A stretch of DNA of 64,000 bases, from the NCBI GenBank assembly GCA_045128275.1, contig JBGVRH010000074.1, positions 9,938 to 73,937 on the forward strand. The letters are read 5' to 3'. This document shows, piece after piece, positions 57,970-64,000 of this stretch; position 1 is the stretch's first letter; the number at the start of each line of letters is the position of its first letter. The translations under genes were made by a program, and so were the position numbers. The notes beneath the pieces are model-generated. The model saw only the letters and a list, made by a program, of their open reading frames with translations. It made no database searches and was not told the origin of the DNA. The stretch comes from Eubacteriales bacterium. Lineage in GTDB: Bacteria; Bacillota; Clostridia; Oscillospirales; CAG-272.

Positions 57970-58108
57970 GGCAGGGTCTCCTTTACGAGGATGTGTTCTT
58001 TCTCCATCATTATACCATATGCGACAAGAGTTTTCAAGGGATGAACACGAGTATTCGGAGCGTGATCCAAATGTTCACAAATTATTTGCAAAATTCGCCC
58101 TCATAACC

Positions 58109-58137
58109 TTGACAACCCCGATATCTTGTGCTATAAT
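58109..58137 (+). promoter_or_regulatory. consensus sigmaA promoter for the SH3b lipoprotein gene
   Basis: TTGACA (58109-14), 17 nt, TGcTATAAT (-10 at 58132-37). Confidence 0.6.
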
Positions 58138-58248
58138 ATAAAGTAACAAAGCATATCTTGTGTTCGGGCAAGGGATTTTCAGCCATTGGAAATTGTATTT
58201 TGCCTGACTCGCATACGTGGAAAATACAAACTACAGGAGGAAAAAACC

Positions 58249-58989
58249 ATGAACAAGAAACTGCTCACCCTGCTTCTGGCAGGTCTTCTGGTAGCCAGCA
58301 TGGCTGCTTGCACCCCCAACAAGCCCAACGATGATACCACCGACTCCGGCAACACCCCCGAGGATAGCTACATCGTGATCGGCACCGACGAGAACGGTAA
58401 CGACGTCACCGAGATCCCCAGCCAGGAGCCTGTGACCGATCCCTTCGACCCCAGCGAGTCCGATCCCACTTTTGTGGACGTGACCAAGAAGGTCGTGGTC
58501 TTCACCTACACCGCCACCGTGCGCTCCAGCACCGTGATTGCCGAGAACAACGGCGTGGGCTGGCCCTCTGAGGGTAAGATCCTGGATGTCACCGGTGAGA
58601 GCGAGAACTGGTACCGCATCACCTACTCCGTGGACGGTGAGGACAAGGAGTGCTACATCGCCAAGACCGTCGCCGCCGACGCTTCTGCTCTGGATGGCTA
58701 CACCGACGCGGAGGAAGAGGTAGAGATCATCGTGGACGCTGTGAACGTCCGTTCCTACCCCTCTACCGCCAGCGAAAAGTCTGTCCGCGGCAGCCTGAAG
58801 AAGGGCGCCAAGGTCACCCGCGTGGCCGTCAGCGAGAAGTGGAGCCGCATCCTCTTTGAGGTCGTTTCCGAGACCGAGACCGACGCCGAGGGTAACGCCA
58901 AGGTGGAGATCAAGCAGTACTACGTCAGCAACGACTGCCTGAAGGTTGTGGAGGGTGCTACCGAGTCCACCACCGAGGCCGCTGAGTAA
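58249..58989 (+). CDS. lipoprotein with SH3b-like domains
   Basis: Trimmed to ATG 58249 after AGGAGG. Lipobox SMAAC. VNVRSYPSTASEKSVRGSLKKGAKV is SH3b-like. Confidence 0.75.
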   Translation: MNKKLLTLLLAGLLVASMAACTPNKPNDDTTDSGNTPEDSYIVIGTDENGNDVTEIPSQEPVTDPFDPSESDPTFVDVTKKVVVFTYTATVRSSTVIAENNGVGWPSEGKILDVTGESENWYRITYSVDGEDKECYIAKTVAADASALDGYTDAEEEVEIIVDAVNVRSYPSTASEKSVRGSLKKGAKVTRVAVSEKWSRILFEVVSETETDAEGNAKVEIKQYYVSNDCLKVVEGATESTTEAAE

Positions 58990-59010
58990 GTCTCATTCCA
59001 TTCAATCAAA

Positions 59011-59050
59011 AACGGTGTCATCCACTTGGGTGACACCGTTCTTTTGTTTG
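59011..59050 (+). terminator. rho-independent terminator
   Basis: AACGGTGTCA (59011-20) pairs with TGACACCGTT (59031-40), followed by CTTTTGTTTG. Confidence 0.75.
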
Positions 59051-59059
59051 TATGGCGGT

Positions 59060-59581
59060 TTATTCGGCGTAGTAGACCCGTCCCTCCTTGCGGGCGGGAG
59101 GCGCGGGAAGCTCGCAGTCGGCATAGCCCAGGACACAGTTACCGATGCCCTCGTAGTCTCCCGTGAGGCCCAGAGAGGCCAGGAACTCCTTCCAATGGGG
59201 CATTTCAAAGGTCTCGGCGGCGCGGTGGATCCAGCAGCTCCCTACACCCAGGGCGTGGGCGGCCAGCATGAGGTTGCCCATAACCAGGGCACCGTCGTGA
59301 ATATAGGTTCTTCTTCCCTTCTCGGCCAGCACCACCAGCACCACGGGCGCGCCGTAAAAGGGATCACGGTTGGTGCCCATGACGGCGGCGTTGTCGCGGG
59401 AGAGGCGGTCGCGGGTTTCCTTGTCGGTGATGGCGATGATGACGGTGTTCTGGGTGTTCATGCCGCTGGGGGCGTAGAGCCCTGCCTGAATAATGGCGTC
59501 GATGGTCTCGCGGGGGAGCATGTCGGGCTTGAAGGCGCGGATGGAACGGCGGGTGAGGATGGTCTGCATGGTCTCGTTCAT
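59060..59581 (-). CDS. nitroreductase-family protein
   Basis: Trimmed to ATG 59581 after GGGAGG. ILTRRSIRAF...APSGMNTQ. Confidence 0.85.
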   Translation of the reverse strand: MNETMQTILTRRSIRAFKPDMLPRETIDAIIQAGLYAPSGMNTQNTVIIAITDKETRDRLSRDNAAVMGTNRDPFYGAPVVLVVLAEKGRRTYIHDGALVMGNLMLAAHALGVGSCWIHRAAETFEMPHWKEFLASLGLTGDYEGIGNCVLGYADCELPAPPARKEGRVYYAE

Positions 59582-59813
59582 GGGGGTGTACCTCCCTTTT
59601 TTCTTTATTATACCAAAGGATTCCGGTTCTGTCAAGCACAAGTTATTTGGCAAGCGTGCAAGAATTTTCGTCCACAGGGTATAATCCTTGTCGTTTTTTC
59701 AAATAATACCCATACGAGGCAGAATCCTGCCCGCAGTCATGCACTCTTCGGCGGTGGAATCCCTTGCCGCCATTCGCATACAGTACAGAAACATCAGAAA
59801 GGACTCCGTTACC

Positions 59814-60368
59814 ATGAAAGCTACCGGAATCGTAAGACGCATCGACGACCTCGGCCGTGTCGTCATCCCCAAGGAGATCCGCCGCACCATGCGCATCCGC
59901 GAGGGGGATCCCCTGGAAATTTATACCGACCGCGAGGGAGAGGTCATCTTCAAGAAGTATTCCCCCATTGGCGAGCTGGCCTCCTTCGCGGGGCAGTACG
60001 CCGAGACCCTCCACAAGACCTGTGGTCTGGCCGTTGCCATCTGCGACCGCGACTCGGTCATTGCCTGCGCGGGGATCTCCAAGCGGGAGTACCAGGAAAA
60101 ATCCCTCTCCGAGGCCGTGGAACACATGATGGAGAAGCGTACCTTCTATGCCAACAACGGGGACACCGAGCCCAGGAGCATCATCCGCGACGGCGGGGCC
60201 CACACGGTCAGCTGCGCCATGCCCATCATCAGCGAGGGGGACGTGGTAGGCTGTGTGGTCTCCGCCAAGCCCCTTGAGGGGGATGGTACTGACCGCCTGG
60301 CCTTTGATATTGAGGCCAAGCTCATCCAGACAGCCGCAGGCTTCTTGGGCCGCCAGCTGGAGACCTGA
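59814..60368 (+). CDS. spoVT: stage V sporulation protein T (AbrB-family regulator)
   Basis: Trimmed to ATG 59814. MKATGIVRRIDDLGRVVIPKEIRRTMRIREGDPLEI is the AbrB/SpoVT N-terminus, followed by a GAF-like C-terminus. Confidence 0.9.
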   Translation: MKATGIVRRIDDLGRVVIPKEIRRTMRIREGDPLEIYTDREGEVIFKKYSPIGELASFAGQYAETLHKTCGLAVAICDRDSVIACAGISKREYQEKSLSEAVEHMMEKRTFYANNGDTEPRSIIRDGGAHTVSCAMPIISEGDVVGCVVSAKPLEGDGTDRLAFDIEAKLIQTAAGFLGRQLET

Positions 60369-60387
60369 CCCAAGGGGAGCCATAGAA

Positions 60388-60428
60388 AAAGGTGCCACCC
60401 GATTGCTCGGATGGCACCTTTATTGGTT
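60388..60428 (+). terminator. rho-independent terminator (bidirectional)
   Basis: AAAGGTGCCA (60388-97) pairs with TGGCACCTTT (60412-21). T-runs on both strands. Confidence 0.75.
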
Positions 60429-60456
60429 TCGGAGTTTCCTCCGAGGGGATTGCGAA

Positions 60457-61557
60457 TTACTCGGCGGTCAGACCGGAGCGCTCGATACCCTGAACCAGGA
60501 AGTTCTGGCCGAAGCAGTACAGGATGACCAGGGGAGCAATGATACACAGACCGCAGGTGTTGCGGATCGCCGCGTAGTACATGTTCTGACCTGCGTAGTC
60601 TGTCTTCAGGGACGTGGGGACCTCCACGATGTCGGGCATCAGGGTGATCTTGGACGTGGTGAAGAACAGCTCGGTGTAGAAGTCGTCCATCCACTGCCAG
60701 CAGAAGGAGAACATGAAGACGGTGACCATCATGGGGATCGACAGGGGAAGGATGATGGTGAAGAAGGTGTGGAACACGCCCGAACCGTCGATGTAGGCCG
60801 ACTCCTCCAGAGCATCCGGCACGCCGGTGAAGAACTGGCGCAGCAGGAAGATGTACAGACCGTTCTTGAACGCCAGACCGGTTGCCGACAGGATCGCCAG
60901 AGGCCAGTAGGTGTTGGTCAGAGGCAGAGCGAAGTCGTCCAGCTTGAAGATCTGGATGCCTGCCAGAACCTCGTTGAAGCCGTCGGGCATGAAGCCGATG
61001 CTGGCTCCGCCGCTGAGGAAGGACAGGATGCCCAGAACGTCAAAGTAACGGAAGTGCATGAACATGGAGAGCTGCAGGGTCTGGTGAGGCACGATCATGG
61101 TCAGGATGACCAGCAGCATGATGATGCTGTTACCCTTGAAGCGGAACTTAGCAAGACCGTAACCGATCAGGCAGCAGACGAAGGTCTGGAGCAGACCGCA
61201 GAGCAGGGAGATCAGCAGGGTGTTGGCGAATGCCTCCCAGTAATCCAGCTCGAACAGGACAGCCTTGTAAATATCCAGGGTAAAGTTCTTGGGGATCAGA
61301 CGGACCGTCACGTCCACGAAGTCCTCGGGAGACATGAAGGAACCGGCGATCTTGGAGATGAAGGGGAACAGGACCACGTAGGAGATACCCACGAGCAGGA
61401 CCATACGGAAGATGATCCAGGCGACCTGCTGGAAGAAGTAGAGGTTCAGGAATTTAGCCTTCAGTCTCTCCTTCAGAGGGGTACGCTCGAACTCAACGCG
61501 GATCTTATTCTTGGACTCTTTCGTGATCTTGGGTGTATTTTGCATATTCGTATCCAT
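60457..61557 (-). CDS. carbohydrate ABC transporter permease (MalG-like)
   Basis: AAGGAGG RBS. Polytopic membrane protein with the EAA-loop region (LEESAYIDGSGVFHTFFTIILP). Confidence 0.9.
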   Translation of the reverse strand: MDTNMQNTPKITKESKNKIRVEFERTPLKERLKAKFLNLYFFQQVAWIIFRMVLLVGISYVVLFPFISKIAGSFMSPEDFVDVTVRLIPKNFTLDIYKAVLFELDYWEAFANTLLISLLCGLLQTFVCCLIGYGLAKFRFKGNSIIMLLVILTMIVPHQTLQLSMFMHFRYFDVLGILSFLSGGASIGFMPDGFNEVLAGIQIFKLDDFALPLTNTYWPLAILSATGLAFKNGLYIFLLRQFFTGVPDALEESAYIDGSGVFHTFFTIILPLSIPMMVTVFMFSFCWQWMDDFYTELFFTTSKITLMPDIVEVPTSLKTDYAGQNMYYAAIRNTCGLCIIAPLVILYCFGQNFLVQGIERSGLTAE

Positions 61558-61569
61558 TTCTATACCTCC

Positions 61570-62544
61570 TTAATCACGTTTCTGGTAGAAGACGAATGCC
61601 GAGAAGATACCGGCGACCGCAGCCAGGATGAGCATAACGATCAGGAAGTACATCCACGCCATGGCGGAGGAGAGAACCTGACCGTCGGAGCCCTGGTACA
61701 CCTGGTTGATGTACTTCATGACCGAGTTGGAATCGGTGGTGAAGGAGTCGATGATGGTGTACACGGCGTTGACCAGGATCATGGGGCTGATCATGGGGAA
61801 GGTGATCTTCCAGAAGGTCTCCCAAGAGGTACAACCGTCGATGCGGCAAGCCTCGTAGATAGCGGGGGAGATGGACTGAAGACCGGCCAGGAAGATCAGC
61901 ATCTGAACACCGGAACGGTTCACGATATCATAGATCTCGTTGATCATCTTAACGACGTACTCGACCAGCTCTTTACCGATCTTCATGGAGTAGAACAAAC
62001 GCTCGATATCCATGACGGAAACGATCTCGCTGGCGGCACTTTTCTCCGAGCCGTCGATGGAATCGCTACCCTCCATCATGGTACCCAGAATGTTCTGGCC
62101 CTCGATGGACTCCATGATACCCGTGGAAAGAATGACGGGGATGAAGAAGATCGCGCGGAAGACAGCACGGCCGGCCATCTTCTGGTTCAGAAGAACGGCC
62201 ATGAACAGGGAGAAGATCAGGATTGCGGGGACGTCGAAGGCCAGCTCCTTCAGACCCTGAATCAGGGTCTGAACAAAGAGCGGGTCCTCAAACAGGGCGT
62301 CACTGTAGTTCTCGAGGCCTACGAACTCCAGGGTGTAACCACCACCGGTTACGATATGGAGGCTATGGAAGCTCATGAAGATGGAGTTCCAGATGATAGG
62401 CAGGTAAACGAGAAGGAAACCAATGACGAAGGGCAGAACGAATACCCAGCCGGCGCGAGCCTTCTTCTTGTCCAAGGAAGCCACCTTGCGCTTCTTGGCC
62501 TTAGGCGCGCTGACCGTCTGTTGAAGCTTCGCTTCGTTGGTCAT
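61570..62544 (-). CDS. carbohydrate ABC transporter permease (MalF-like)
   Basis: EAA loop (IYEACRIDGCTSWETFWKITFP). Six hydrophobic segments. Confidence 0.9.
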   Translation of the reverse strand: MTNEAKLQQTVSAPKAKKRKVASLDKKKARAGWVFVLPFVIGFLLVYLPIIWNSIFMSFHSLHIVTGGGYTLEFVGLENYSDALFEDPLFVQTLIQGLKELAFDVPAILIFSLFMAVLLNQKMAGRAVFRAIFFIPVILSTGIMESIEGQNILGTMMEGSDSIDGSEKSAASEIVSVMDIERLFYSMKIGKELVEYVVKMINEIYDIVNRSGVQMLIFLAGLQSISPAIYEACRIDGCTSWETFWKITFPMISPMILVNAVYTIIDSFTTDSNSVMKYINQVYQGSDGQVLSSAMAWMYFLIVMLILAAVAGIFSAFVFYQKRD

Positions 62545-62578
62545 AGTAATGTTACCTCTCTTTCTTTCTTAGTCCGCA

Positions 62579-64000
62579 TCAGTGCATTACGACCACGTAA
62601 CCATATGCAGGGATGGTGTACGTGACGTCGCCGTACTTAACGTTCACCGAGAAGTTGTTGTAGTTCAGGATGAAGGTCTTGTAAGCGGAATAACTGCCGT
62701 CAGCGTTCTTGGTACCGTAGGTAACAGATACGATGCGACCGTCATCGGACAGGTAGCGGGAAGCCTCATCGCCATCGTCGCCACCCATGCCGGGGCCCTT
62801 GGGAGGCTCGATCAGAGCGTCGATCTGCTCCTCGGTGAGGTCGGAGTAAGCGGTGACGAAGAAGTACATGAGATCCTTCAGACCCATAGCGGCCTCGTTC
62901 AGGGTGCCGGCGTAGATCTCGGAGACATGGAACTTGGGCAGCTCGTCAGCGGAGAGCAGCTCCAGGACTTCGGTGTAGTAGCAGTACTCGAGGTAGCGGA
63001 GAGCCTCGGGACGGAGGATATCGCGCTTGGATTCATCGGCGAACTTGGCCTTGATCAGAGCGCTGACCAGCTCGTTACCGAGTGCCTCGTACTCCTCAGC
63101 GGTGAACATAGCGCGGAGGTTGTAGTTGGGCAGGAAGCCACGCTTGGTGTTCTCCTTGGCCTGGGCCAGCAGCAGGGGCAGACGATCCTCGAAGTCATTG
63201 TCCAGGATCTTGAGCGCGTTGTTGACCTTGGTGGCACCACCCTCCACAGAGAGGGTAGGCTTCTCGGAGAGATCGTAGCCCTCGAAGGAGGTGAAGAGCA
63301 GGTATGCGTAGTAAGCCAGGATGTCATCCTCGGTGCTGAACTTACCCTCGGCGGAGTGAGTGACCTCGGAAGCGATCGACTTCACAAAGTCGTGGACATT
63401 GTTCTCGGAATCACCCAGGATGTTGGCGACCTCGGCGTAGATGTCGTAGACAGTGTACTCGGCGGGCAGCTTAGCCTTAATGGACTCGACGTTCTCGGCG
63501 ACCTTGCTACGGATGGCAGCATCCATCTTAGCCATCTGGGCGTCGTAGAAGTAGTTGTCGACATCCTTCAGAATCTGGTCTCTCATGAGAGCGAGGACGT
63601 TGTAGTAGACGTAGTCCTTAACGTCGGCGGCGGGATCGTAGCCCTCGTCCAGAGCCTCGGTATACTTGTCGTGGAGAGCGATGATCTCAGCGACAACGGC
63701 CTCGGCCTCAGCCACGGTAGAGGTAGCGGTCAGCTTGGACAGGATCACCTGAGCCTCGTCGCGGAGCTTGAAGGTAGTCTTGTTGCCCTCGGCGTCCTCA
63801 ACGTCGTAGGAAGCATTCTCCAGGGTAGGAGCCTTGTCCTTGCCCAGGATCTTGGTAGCGAAGGCCTTCAGGAACGCCTTCTCCAGCTGGGTGCGGACGT
63901 CGCCGTAAGCGCCCTTGACGGAATCGTTGATGCCGTCCAGGAGAGCCTGCAGCTCAGTGTCGGCCTTCATAGCCTTGACGATATCCTCGTACTTGGTCTC
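62579..64000 (-). CDS. C-terminal part of a large protein encoded upstream of the permeases (possibly their solute-binding partner); 5' end outside the window
   Basis: The reading frame stays open to the window edge beyond the listed Met at 63970. Operon position only; no motif recognised. Confidence 0.6.
   Translation of the reverse strand, partial: ETKYEDIVKAMKADTELQALLDGINDSVKGAYGDVRTQLEKAFLKAFATKILGKDKAPTLENASYDVEDAEGNKTTFKLRDEAQVILSKLTATSTVAEAEAVVAEIIALHDKYTEALDEGYDPAADVKDYVYYNVLALMRDQILKDVDNYFYDAQMAKMDAAIRSKVAENVESIKAKLPAEYTVYDIYAEVANILGDSENNVHDFVKSIASEVTHSAEGKFSTEDDILAYYAYLLFTSFEGYDLSEKPTLSVEGGATKVNNALKILDNDFEDRLPLLLAQAKENTKRGFLPNYNLRAMFTAEEYEALGNELVSALIKAKFADESKRDILRPEALRYLEYCYYTEVLELLSADELPKFHVSEIYAGTLNEAAMGLKDLMYFFVTAYSDLTEEQIDALIEPPKGPGMGGDDGDEASRYLSDDGRIVSVTYGTKNADGSYSAYKTFILNYNNFSVNVKYGDVTYTIPAYGYVVVMH

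Overview
GC-rich Firmicutes/Clostridia-type chromosomal segment. Supporting signs are the sporulation genes gpr, spoIIP and spoVT, a dgt-dnaG-rpoD operon, AGGAGG-type ribosome binding sites, and many near-consensus TTGACA-17-(TGn)TATAAT promoters. I support about 56 protein genes and one tRNA. They cover housekeeping (rpoD, dnaG, hflX, rpmE, dxs, gltX, glnS), cell-envelope functions (MBOAT/DHHW pair, SGNH hydrolase, lipoproteins), a carbohydrate-utilisation block (GH43, GH36, GH95, nagA/nagB, Gfo/Idh/MocA oxidoreductases, AraC regulators, ABC components) and a very large LRR surface protein with a Cys/His-rich tandem repeat array. Most long ORFs antisense to these genes are GC-driven shadow ORFs. 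The main accessory region is an AT-rich island of about 3.6 kb (22.47-26.07 kb) next to tRNA-Leu(CAA). It is bracketed by roughly 130-nt direct repeats that start with a copy of the tRNA 3' end. It encodes an XRE/ImmA regulator pair, a DUF4417-like protein and two small overlapping ORFs. It also carries a convergent small-RNA candidate whose 5' box and terminator loop recur inside the operon. No integrase is present. A second recurring oddity is intergenic arrays of unique GC-rich short-loop hairpins separated by a constant AAATGATGT spacer, together with REP-like GTAG palindromes and a nested-hairpin element. All functional calls rest on motif recognition from memory and on sequence inspection; no database search was run.
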